Positions 20,580-29,039 of a stretch of DNA of 64,000 nt are shown here, one piece after another; position 1 is the first letter of the stretch, and each line of letters opens with the position of its first letter. The position numbers and the translations under genes were made by a program. The notes beneath the pieces are model-generated. The model was given only the letters and a program-made list of their open reading frames with translations, was not told the origin of the DNA and searched no databases. Origin of the DNA: an uncultured virus (IMG/VR IMGVR_UViG_3300005294_000012) (Duplodnaviria; Heunggongvirae; Uroviricota; Caudoviricetes); IMG/VR virus record IMGVR_UViG_3300005294_000012. The stretch is one strand, 5' to 3'.

Positions 20580-21742
20580 TGTTCCAGGTCCCTTGGTATG
20601 TGATCAACTCGCTGAACAGTGTGACCAAGCGTCGCATTGTCGTCGAGTGGTCCAACGACCGCTTCAAGACGGTCGGAGGNACCGTCGATGCCTATGACGC
20701 GAACTTCACCTGTGANCTGAACGCCCAGGTCCGCTGGGCAGCNACCTGCTCNGTGATCAACATCGACTCCAGGATCAACGACAAGACCACCTGGATGCGN
20801 CCCTACCTGGAGATCAAGGGCATGCGGTCCAACTGGTGGCGGATCCCGATGGGCGTCTATCGGGTCTACTCGATCAAGATCAGCGACATCTTCGCCGACC
20901 TCACCCTGGACGGTCTGGAGGCCATCGTCCGGGACCACACCTTCCACGTGCCGCGCACGCTGCCGCTGAGCAAGTCCGACAGCCGGCGGACCACGCTGAC
21001 CAAGCTGCTCCGAGAGTCGATCCCGTTCGTTCCGGTGGTCTGGAACCTGAAAGACTCCACCTCCGCGATGGCCAAGGTGACGATCGAGCGCGATCGCTGG
21101 GGGCTCATCGACGGCGACGGCGACGCCAAGTCGATCACCAACAGCCTGGCAGCCGATTGCTTCTGTGATCGGATCGGGCAGTTCGTGGTGTCACCGACGC
21201 CGATCGATACCGCCAAACCGGTGTGGGAGATCACGGTCGACGCCGGCGTCAAGGTGAGCTCGGCGACCACGTTGTCCCGGGAGAACATGAAGAACGTCTG
21301 GACGGTGTGGGCCGAGCCGGGAGGCACCAAGAAGAACGTCGGCCCGGTGCACGTCTGGGACAACGATCCCGGCAGTGACACGTACGCCGGCACAAATCCG
21401 ATCAAGAACTTCGCGCGGGATTCAAAGGCGTTCGGAATCGTCCCGGGCTACTACCAGAACCCACTGCTGAAGACCACCAAGGCCTGCGAGCAGGTGGGCC
21501 GGAAGCGTCTCGCGGTGTCGCTGGCCGAGCGCCGCACAGTAGAGATCACCTCGATCTTCAACCCGACCCTGGACGCCGGCGACTGCATCGCCCTGGTGCC
21601 CGACGGATCGACCAGGAAAAGCGGCTTCATCATCGAACAGGTGGCCTATTCGATCGAGGACGCCTCGACGTCGATGACGATGCGCACCCAGGGTCCGCCG
21701 GCCTTCGCCGAGTCGGCCGATGACGAGGGGGCCATCGAATGA
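20579..21742 (+). CDS. Minor tail (hub/Tal-like) protein
   Basis: IPMGVYRV, NPTLDAGD motifs; synteny. Confidence 0.75.
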   Translation: MFQVPWYVINSLNSVTKRRIVVEWSNDRFKTVGXTVDAYDANFTCXLNAQVRWAXTCXVINIDSRINDKTTWMXPYLEIKGMRSNWWRIPMGVYRVYSIKISDIFADLTLDGLEAIVRDHTFHVPRTLPLSKSDSRRTTLTKLLRESIPFVPVVWNLKDSTSAMAKVTIERDRWGLIDGDGDAKSITNSLAADCFCDRIGQFVVSPTPIDTAKPVWEITVDAGVKVSSATTLSRENMKNVWTVWAEPGGTKKNVGPVHVWDNDPGSDTYAGTNPIKNFARDSKAFGIVPGYYQNPLLKTTKACEQVGRKRLAVSLAERRTVEITSIFNPTLDAGDCIALVPDGSTRKSGFIIEQVAYSIEDASTSMTMRTQGPPAFAESADDEGAIE

Positions 21743-22596
21743 CCGGCCTTGATCAGTTCGTCAACGCCTCCTCCGGTGGTGAGAACAGGGAGAAGACGCT
21801 CTACGGGGCGCAGGTCACCGGCATCAACGCCGACGGCACGGTTGATCTTCGATACCTCGGTGGTGAGCACTCCGGGATTGAATGTTTGGGAAGCTATACA
21901 AACCGCACCACCGGCGACGTCGTGATGGTCAAGTCCGACGGGATCCGTTGGGTGGTGCTGGGCAAGCTCGGTGCTGAGGTCAACTCGATCCCGAACATCT
22001 CCTGGGGCAACGGGTCGCCAGTCGGCAGCGACTGGTCGGCAGCTGCGTCATCGATCAAGGTTCGGCCGGGGCAGATCTACATCCAGGGCACGGCGTTCGC
22101 TTCGACGGTGCCGACCCCGCAGGCGATCATCAATGCCTCGTTCGACCGCGCGTTCCAGAACAACCTGTGGAATCACGCGTTCTCAGGACGGCCGGCACAG
22201 GGCCAGGAGACGATCACCGGACTGTTCGGCAGCGGGACATGGGCCGGGGCCTGGTACTACAGCACAGACCTCACCACAGCTGTCCAGGCCAAGACGGTGC
22301 GCAGCATGGAGCTCCGGATCGAACGAGGCGCCGAGCCGTGGGGTTTGGACGAACCGGTCATCCCGTGGATCTACGCCCACGACGACAACACCCAGGGAAC
22401 CAGCTTGACGATGGTCGCCGGTCCTTACGCCGGCGTCCCGCTGGCGATCGGGCAGTCGGCCTGGTGGCAGGTGCCGGACACGATCATCAACATGCTCAAC
22501 GCCGGCACAGCAGCAGGGTTCGGAATCGCTTCGCTCCTTGCCGACGAGTTCATGGTCATGGCCGAGATGGCCGGCGACGTACGGATCTACAACTGA
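21739..22596 (+). CDS. Minor tail protein
   Basis: N-terminal OB-like spike motif (DGTVDL...GDVVMV...VVLGKL). Confidence 0.7.
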   Translation: MTGLDQFVNASSGGENREKTLYGAQVTGINADGTVDLRYLGGEHSGIECLGSYTNRTTGDVVMVKSDGIRWVVLGKLGAEVNSIPNISWGNGSPVGSDWSAAASSIKVRPGQIYIQGTAFASTVPTPQAIINASFDRAFQNNLWNHAFSGRPAQGQETITGLFGSGTWAGAWYYSTDLTTAVQAKTVRSMELRIERGAEPWGLDEPVIPWIYAHDDNTQGTSLTMVAGPYAGVPLAIGQSAWWQVPDTIINMLNAGTAAGFGIASLLADEFMVMAEMAGDVRIYN

Positions 22597-22606
22597 GGCG
22601 GGGGAT

Positions 22607-23212
22607 ATGGGCTCAGCACTGACAACTTTCGGCCAAGACCCGATACCGGCAACCAATGACGGGGTCTTGATCCCTGCCGACGTCTCGCAGTACGCGGAGG
22701 CGATCGCCCACAAGATCATTCACTTCGTCGCCGACCAGGCCGACCGCGACGTCCAGCTGGCTTCCGCAGCCGCCCCGGTGTTCGCTGCCTGCCCGACCGC
22801 AGTGTGGTTCAAGATCAGCGGTAGCGGTGGCGGCAGCGTGTGGGTGACGATCTGGCAGGACACCGGGCCGGTGGTCTCCGGGGTCGTGGCCGCGACCGAC
22901 TTCGACTACAGCTCCGGGTACGTGCGCAAGTTCAACGGCGGCTTCGCGTTCCTCGAGCTGGAGATGACGCGGCGCAACTCCGCGATCACCGCCGCCTCGA
23001 GCGGGAACATCACCGGCGACCCGCCGGCCTTTACGGTGCCTGTCGGATTCCGGCCCGACAGGAAGATCAACGGCGTGTGGCGCTCGGACATCACCGAGGG
23101 CACGTGGCGGATGGACACCGATGGCGTCGGAAGGATCATGTCCGGCAACCCCAGCCAGTCGATTCCGATCGACACGCTCGTGGAGTTCACCGCCGGCTAC
23201 GTGACCGCGTAG
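22607..23212 (+). CDS. Minor tail/fibre protein, paralog 1
   Basis: ATG at 22607 after GGGG; FTVPVGFRP motif typical of fibre tips. Confidence 0.7.
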   Translation: MGSALTTFGQDPIPATNDGVLIPADVSQYAEAIAHKIIHFVADQADRDVQLASAAAPVFAACPTAVWFKISGSGGGSVWVTIWQDTGPVVSGVVAATDFDYSSGYVRKFNGGFAFLELEMTRRNSAITAASSGNITGDPPAFTVPVGFRPDRKINGVWRSDITEGTWRMDTDGVGRIMSGNPSQSIPIDTLVEFTAGYVTA

Positions 23213-23225
23213 GGGGAGAGCACCA

Positions 23226-23828
23226 ATGGGATCAGCATTCACCACCTTCGGGCTCGACCCGATACCGGCGACGTCTGACGGGGTTCTCATCCCGGCTGAC
23301 ATCTCGGCCTATGCCGAATCGATCTTGCACAAGATCGCGCATTGGGTCGCCGACCAGGCCGAGCGGGACGTACTGTATGCCGCAGCTGTCGCCCCGATCC
23401 TGGTGGCGTCTCCAACGGCGATCTGGCTCAAGACATCAGGGTCGGGCGGCGGCAGTGTCTGGAAGACCGTCTGGAGCGACTCCGGATCGATCACCTCGGG
23501 CTTCGTCAACGGCGCTGACTTCACCGTCAGCGGCGGCTACGTCCGCAAGCAGAACAACCTGGTGCAGTTCACAGTGACGACGCTGCGAGCCAACTCGACG
23601 CTGGCGATCTCGGCTGCCGGCAACATCGTGGGCGACCCGACCATGTTCACACTGCCGACCGGGTACTGGCCGACGATCACGACTCCGGTCCTGGTCCGAC
23701 TGAACACTGGCGAGGCGATCGGTGAGGTTGACACCTCCGGAGCCTGCAAAATCCTGGCCGGCACTCCGAGCTACTCGATCGCGGTGGCCGAGACCTGCGT
23801 GGTGGCCGGATGCTTCTTTACGCCATAA
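23226..23828 (+). CDS. Minor tail/fibre protein, paralog 2
   Basis: Near-identical N-terminus to the preceding gene; FTLPTGYWP motif. Confidence 0.7.
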   Translation: MGSAFTTFGLDPIPATSDGVLIPADISAYAESILHKIAHWVADQAERDVLYAAAVAPILVASPTAIWLKTSGSGGGSVWKTVWSDSGSITSGFVNGADFTVSGGYVRKQNNLVQFTVTTLRANSTLAISAAGNIVGDPTMFTLPTGYWPTITTPVLVRLNTGEAIGEVDTSGACKILAGTPSYSIAVAETCVVAGCFFTP

Positions 23829-24136
23829 CCGGCGACTTCACCCCGGTCATCGTGGCCCTGGGCACCATCATCACGGTGCTGGCCACGGCGGTCGGATGGG
23901 GCATCAGACAGCTGTTCACTGGCAGACTTGTCCCGAGGTCGCACGTTGAGGATGTCAGGCAGGACCGTCGGGAACGTGTTAGTGAGATCGCGAATGAGAG
24001 AGACACATGGCGAGCGACCGTCGAAACGCAACAGGGCACGATTCAAACCTTGGTTGGGCAGATGGATCAGCTGCTCTCTCAGTTCGCCCTTTTCAATCAA
24101 GTTCTATCCGCGTTGAGGGACCGGGCCGAGCGGTGA
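23810..24136 (+). CDS. Membrane protein, one TM plus coiled coil (holin-like)
   Basis: Hydrophobic N-terminus, GRLVPRS motif. Confidence 0.6.
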   Translation: MLLYAITGDFTPVIVALGTIITVLATAVGWGIRQLFTGRLVPRSHVEDVRQDRRERVSEIANERDTWRATVETQQGTIQTLVGQMDQLLSQFALFNQVLSALRDRAER

Positions 24137-24363
24137 AGTGGCCCTGGAGTCGCGTCCCAGACCCCGATGACGATCTCCCCAAGGCGGATCAAAGAGCAGC
24201 TGACCAGGCTCAGCAGCGAGCGCACATGTGGCGCTCAGACGTAGAACGTCAGCAGGCTCGAGTAGATTTTGTAACAGAGCAAGCCAAGGCCAATCGCTCC
24301 GACGATCGTTTTGCTCAGATGTTTGAGGAGACGATGCACAGGAGACCACATGGAAGCGGTTAA
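24133..24363 (+). CDS. Small lysis-cassette-associated protein
   Basis: GTGA overlap start, MKWPW...DRFAQMFEETM. Confidence 0.55.
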   Translation: MKWPWSRVPDPDDDLPKADQRAADQAQQRAHMWRSDVERQQARVDFVTEQAKANRSDDRFAQMFEETMHRRPHGSG

Positions 24364-24700
24364 CGACTTCCTGTTCTACGGGATCTTCTTCGGTTACCTG
24401 TTCTTCTTGCTGGTCTATGGCTTCGGATCACCGTGGTGGAAGTCCGAGATGGGCATCCACATCATGTCGTTCATGGCGGTGTTCTTCGTCCTGATGAGCC
24501 TAGGTCTCACTTCGAGGCTCACCGGTGACGCCTGGTTCGACGCCCATCGGGTGGTGCTGCAGTTCTGCTCGTTCCTCAGCATGTTTGCCACGGTCTGGTG
24601 GCGGAACGTGATCTTGGTCAGGGCCCAGCTGTACAAGGGGGATCTTGAACAAGCGGTCCAAGACGCGCACCGCGCGCGCCCCGGCGATCAGCGGAGCTGA
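24350..24700 (+). CDS. Putative holin (3 TM)
   Basis: AGGAG RBS; three hydrophobic segments; SPWWKSEMG motif. Confidence 0.65.
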   Translation: MEAVNDFLFYGIFFGYLFFLLVYGFGSPWWKSEMGIHIMSFMAVFFVLMSLGLTSRLTGDAWFDAHRVVLQFCSFLSMFATVWWRNVILVRAQLYKGDLEQAVQDAHRARPGDQRS

Positions 24701-25062
24701 TTAGGCGCGCCCGCCGCCACGGATTCATCGCAAAGATATTGAGCGCGCGGGCGATCACGCTCATCATCCATGCGCGCGCGCAGGCGGTGCACCTGGAACG
24801 CGTCGCGCACAGATGTTGAGCACACGCGTCCATTCGCGCGAGCGCGCGAGCGCGCGGTTGTTCCCCGCGCGGAAAGATGATGAGCCCGCGCACGAGGCTT
24901 TGCCAGCATCTCGCGCGCGATTCTTACCAGGCGCGCGCAGTATTGAGCCCGCGTCGTGCATCGCGTGCGCGCAGTAAAACCGCGCGGGCGGTACACATTG
25001 AACGCGCCGCACATCGCGATTCTCGGCAAAAGGGGGAACGCGCGCGGGGTATTCACGCGCGT
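24664..25062. repeat. Alternating-CG-rich island with degenerate direct repeats
   Basis: Dense GCGCGC/CGCG runs; AGAT(A/G)TTGAGCnCGCG-like units at ~24734, 24811, 24875, 24939, 24995. Confidence 0.6.
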
Positions 25063-25236
25063 AGGCCGATGGATAGCCTGGCTATGCAAAATTAGCGAAC
25101 ATAGGTCGGCTATATGCCCTAGTCACAGCGTTTTCACTACAGCTGAGAGCGCCATGTAAGGACAAAGTTTCACCGCGACACGCCCGACTGCATTGTCGCT
25201 CTGACTAGGGACTTTGCATGTTTTTCCCGAATTGGC

Positions 25237-25266
25237 TTGACGTCATGGTGCGACATGGCCTAGATT
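25237..25266 (+). promoter_or_regulatory. Sigma70-type promoter P1 overlapping a 16-bp box
   Basis: TTGACG-18 nt-TAGATT; CGTCATGGTGCGACAT at 25241-25256. Confidence 0.75.
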
Positions 25267-25271
25267 TCTCG

Positions 25272-25810
25272 TTGTAAGGCCAGCAGGGAGGCAGGGACCG
25301 GGAGCAAGTGGAGGCCCGGGCCAGGCGGACAGGCTGGCAACCGGCCCAGACGGGACGGCTAGCAGGGAGTGTTAGACGGGTCGCCCGCATCTCCACGCCT
25401 AGCCCGTAGGGCTAGCTCGACCAATCAACCGCACAACCAAATAGACCTGTACCGGCGTAGAAGCGCGGACTCCGTATGAGGGAGGCACCCGCTGCAACGC
25501 GAGCCCATGGCGGCGCCGCTACAGAAGGACAATTCCACAAGAGACTGAGGGATATTTCCCCCGATGACTCGACCGCCACGACCGGCGCCCCTACGGGGCG
25601 GCGCGAGCGGATCGGATGACGAAACCACATCGAAAGGCGCGCGGTGGCGTGCGCCCTTGGGGAGAAGACCACGCGGAAAACTGCGGCGCGAAACGTCATC
25701 GCGTCGGCAGCAAACACGGGACTAAAGCCTAAAGAACGCGTGAGGAACCGTAGGTAAAGGGTTTAGCAACCCATGGTTTTAGTGAGGCTCGGAGTGTGAC
25801 CGAGCCTCGC
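25272..25810 (+). ncRNA. Putative long structured non-coding RNA or leader
   Basis: No credible ORF; many hairpins; lies directly after P1. Confidence 0.45.
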
Positions 25811-25834
25811 CATGACCAGAGGGAAGGAGTGATC

Positions 25835-26137
25835 ATGTCCGAACTGGTTTTCATCGTGTCGGGAACCGACACGCTCTACATGGCGCGCAGGCTGACCGCC
25901 GTTGAAGCTGAGAACTTCGGATGCCCGGGGTCGAATCTCATGCTGACAAGTGTCAAGCGCAAGGGCAGCCACATCGTGGGGAAACTGACCTTGACCGGCA
26001 CCAAGATCATCAAGCTGCACGGGAAGTTCCGTGGCACGGAGGGCATCCGTGCGCGGTTCGTGCCGTGGTCCGATCCGAACCCAGCAACCCCGGCCAAGGG
26101 CAGCTTCGCGCTGGCTGGCTACTTCTGCGAGGTGTGA
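25835..26137 (+). CDS. Hypothetical early protein
   Basis: AAGGAG RBS before ATG 25835. Confidence 0.65.
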   Translation: MSELVFIVSGTDTLYMARRLTAVEAENFGCPGSNLMLTSVKRKGSHIVGKLTLTGTKIIKLHGKFRGTEGIRARFVPWSDPNPATPAKGSFALAGYFCEV

Positions 26138-26595
26138 GATGGATCGAGTAACCCTGGCGCTCGCCGCGCTGTATGGCCAGCGGATCGCTGAGCTATTGGT
26201 CGAGAGTCTGGCCGATGTGCTCGCTGAAATCGACCGCAAAGAAGGGCTGCGCAACCTGTCGTACCAAGAGATCGCAGCCAACGCGCTCGAGATGATGGGA
26301 AGGGGTTTGTGATGGCAAAACTGAAGCCCAAGGAACGCTTCGTTGTGAAGTGCTCGGTGTACGTGACCACGTATTCGATGTCCCGGCAGCGCGCTGAGCA
26401 GCTGGCGGAGGAGATGAATCGTCCGGAGTCCAAGTGCTCCGAGACTGACCACGTCGCTATTGCAGAGGAGGTGCTGCGACCTTTCCATGGCCCCCTGATC
26501 TAGGAGGTGATCCACAGGAGTAGGCATCCATGTTCGAGCCCGGGCCATCCCCGCCCGGGCTTGTTCACGTTTGTCTAGTCAATCGGGAGGACTTA

Positions 26596-27200
26596 TGAGC
26601 ACGACGGACGACGTCTTGATCAAGAAAGCTGGGAAGTCTTCCGGCGAAGTGATCAACAACATTCTTTCCTACTGGGAGGCAGCGACCGAGCGCAACCGCG
26701 AGGACGGCGCCCAGTGGTACCTGATCAATCAGCAGGCCATCGATGAGATGGCCCACGGGAGCGGGGTGAGCCTGGACACAGCTGCGGCTGTGGTGGCTCA
26801 CCTATCACCCCGAATTCACTGGTCACGAAACATCATCGCGGCTCACAGTGTGCTGAACGGGCTGCCGGTGACCGGGATCATGACCAGAAGTCTGGCCGGC
26901 GCCCGGGCCGCGATTGCGGCCTATCAGATGGGTGAGGACCCGCTGAAGACACTCAAGGGCCCGAAGATTCGCAACTTCGCGGCCAACCTGATCGGTGACT
27001 CTGACGCGGTCACGATCGACATCTGGGCGGGACGCGTGGCGCTGGANTCAACGGCGGACCTGGAATTGATCATGGCCCGCGCCGGGGTCTACNNCGCGCT
27101 GGCNCAGTGCTACCGCGAGGCTGCCGCCCGCGTCGATGTCACNCCATCAACCATGCAGGCCACTTGCTGGATCGTGGCGCGAAACGGAAGGGCCGATTGA
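26596..27200 (+). CDS. Conserved phage protein with helical, possibly DNA-glycosylase-like fold
   Basis: G..WY, A.LSP...W..N, GPK..NF..N, VTIDIWA, MQA..W motifs; GGAGG RBS. Confidence 0.6.
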
Positions 27201-27202
27201 CC

Positions 27203-27697
27203 ATGTCTTACGACTACCGGAAAGACTGGGAAGAGAGCCGCAAGCGCGAGCTCGAGGAGCACCGTGCCTACTGGAGCCTGCGCGTTCATTGGGCACCGTT
27301 CCTAGGCCCTGACAGGCTCGGCCGCACCCTGAAGTGTGGCAGGGCCGGTGGCCCCTCCAGCTGGTGGACCTACACCGCGCCGCCACAGCTGAAGCCGTGG
27401 AAGCATTCCACGAAGCCCACCGCGTCCACGACTGCGCACGTCGAGATGTCGCAGCGCGTGTTTCGTGACCATAACACCGGCTGGGAGTTCACCTTCTGGG
27501 CGCTGGCGCCCAAGGCGCATCAACGGTCTGCCGCAGAGGCTGCTCACACCGAGTGGGTCTGGCTGATCTTGGAAGGCACCAACGGGCGCGGAGTCCACCA
27601 AGCTCTGGTCGACAACGAAACCGACCAGGTCTATTGGTGGGACAAGATCCCGGCGCACTACGTGGCACCCGCAGAAAAACTTTCTAATTCCGCTTGA
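27203..27697 (+). CDS. Hypothetical protein
   Basis: ATG 2 nt after the preceding stop. Confidence 0.6.
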   Translation: MSYDYRKDWEESRKRELEEHRAYWSLRVHWAPFLGPDRLGRTLKCGRAGGPSSWWTYTAPPQLKPWKHSTKPTASTTAHVEMSQRVFRDHNTGWEFTFWALAPKAHQRSAAEAAHTEWVWLILEGTNGRGVHQALVDNETDQVYWWDKIPAHYVAPAEKLSNSA

Positions 27698-27723
27698 CAC
27701 GCCGTCATGGTGCGACATATTAT
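27694..27723 (+). promoter_or_regulatory. Near-consensus sigma70 promoter P2 with the same 16-bp box
   Basis: TTGACA-18 nt-TATTAT; CGTCATGGTGCGACAT at 27703-27718. Confidence 0.85.
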
Positions 27724-27779
27724 GAAGACATGAGCGCGAGGGTACGAGCCGACAGAGACTCGTACTCCGCGCCCAGCAA

Positions 27780-27859
27780 GGGGCTGACTTTGGTGTCGCC
27801 CGGTCGGAAAGCCGCACGCGGAACCGACCGGTACGCGAGTTCGATTCTCGCCAGCTCCA
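27780..27859 (+). ncRNA. Minimal tmRNA-like RNA (tRNA-like domain only)
   Basis: Acceptor GGGGCTG/CAGCTCC-A with G3:U; 13-nt unpaired D-loop; 8-bp stem; T-arm GCGAG-TTCGATT-CTCGC. Confidence 0.75.
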
Positions 27860-27890
27860 CTCCAACCAAAACCCAAGAAGGGGAAGCAGC

Positions 27891-28874
27891 ATGACTCTCA
27901 TCACCCGCAGCACCCGCACCTACCACCTCGGCCAGGACGTCAGCCAGGCAACCAGCGCTCGCGAGGCCCTGCAGCTCGCCAACATGGACTGGGATCCCAT
28001 CGTGGTCCCCGGAGACTTCGTCTCGCTGGCCAAGCCCGACAAGGACGCCGCCAACGGTCACGGCCCGTGGGCACTGTTCGCAGCGCCAGGCCTGGAGTTC
28101 CTGGCTCGCGGCGACACCCGCAACATCCTCGGCGTGCACGGCGGGCGCTACCAGGAGGTCTCCAACCGGCAGGCCTTCGCGGTCGCCGATGTTCTCAAGG
28201 CCCAGGGCGCGGTCTTCAGCCGTGCAGCTGAGATCAACTTCGGCCGTCGGGCGTACCTGACCATGGACCTGCCAGGCGTGACCTACAGGATCGCCGAGGG
28301 CGACGAGATCACGTTCGGTATCCGGTTCCTGGCCACCCACGACGGCTCTGGCAGGCTCAAGGGTTCGGTCGAGGCCGAGCGTCTGGTTTGCGCCAACGGG
28401 CTCACGGTTCCGATCAAGGGAACCAAGATCGAATACGCCATCGCGCACACCGCGTCGGCCGAGCTGCGCCTCTCTGAGGCCAAAGAGATCATGCTCGGCG
28501 CCACCCGGTACGCTCGGGCCTTCGCAGCCGCTGCGGAGCACCTGATCGATACCCCGATGAGCGTTGCCGAGTTCGGCGCCTTCGTTGACGGTCTCTTCCC
28601 CGAGCCGAAGATCGAGGAGCGTCGGGCCCACCAGAACTGGGCCGATCGCCGCGCCGAGCTCAAGACGCTCTTCACCGAGGCCGAGACCCAGGATTCCGGG
28701 CGCGGCACCAAGTGGGCAGCGTTCAACGCGGTCACCGAGTACGTCGACTGGGGCACCCCGGTGCAGCAGGGCGGCGCGGAGTCCGTCGAGATGGCCCGTG
28801 CAATCCGTCAGATCGAGAGCACCGAGCGCCAGGCCACCAAGGACCGCGCGTTCACGATGGTGCTCGCGGCCTGA
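27891..28874 (+). CDS. DUF932-family phage/plasmid protein
   Basis: THDGSG, RLVCANGL, HTASA, GTKWAAFNAVTEYVD motifs. Confidence 0.85.
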   Translation: MTLITRSTRTYHLGQDVSQATSAREALQLANMDWDPIVVPGDFVSLAKPDKDAANGHGPWALFAAPGLEFLARGDTRNILGVHGGRYQEVSNRQAFAVADVLKAQGAVFSRAAEINFGRRAYLTMDLPGVTYRIAEGDEITFGIRFLATHDGSGRLKGSVEAERLVCANGLTVPIKGTKIEYAIAHTASAELRLSEAKEIMLGATRYARAFAAAAEHLIDTPMSVAEFGAFVDGLFPEPKIEERRAHQNWADRRAELKTLFTEAETQDSGRGTKWAAFNAVTEYVDWGTPVQQGGAESVEMARAIRQIESTERQATKDRAFTMVLAA

Positions 28875-28884
28875 TCCCCTAGAC

Positions 28885-29000
28885 CTCCTGGCCCTGGCTA
28901 CCTCGCGAAGTGTGCACCTAGTAGCGGCGGTACCCCGGGCCAGGAGCCAGACCCGGGCCCCGGCGTAGGCCTGCCTGTAGCGGCAGGGCGTCGGGGCCCG
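28885..29000 (+). other. Two adjacent long stem-loops in an intergenic region
   Basis: CTCCTGGCCC/GGGCCAGGAG (28885-28946) and CGGGCCCCGGCG/CGTCGGGGCCCG (28954-29000). Confidence 0.6.
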
Positions 29001-29039
29001 CTTCCCTTCTCAAATGACACTCAAATGAAAGGCAAGACC

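Noticed and set aside
22607..23828. Diversity-generating retroelement or invertible fibre switch
   Set aside because: No reverse transcriptase or invertase, same orientation, and differences are not adenine-specific
24730..25010. CRISPR mini-array
   Set aside because: Units are short and degenerate, spacing is irregular and the intervening sequence is low-complexity
24688..25089. Minus-strand 133-aa gene
   Set aside because: Translation mirrors the CG runs; no RBS or codon bias
25600..25640. Hammerhead ribozyme (GATGA...GAAA)
   Set aside because: No CUGAnGA core with correctly placed stems could be built
27780..27859. Canonical tRNA-Ala
   Set aside because: No D stem and no 7-nt anticodon loop
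27694..27894. 66-aa ORF from the track over the mini-tmRNA
   Set aside because: Its start is the TTG of the -35 box, it has no RBS, and the RNA structure explains the sequence better
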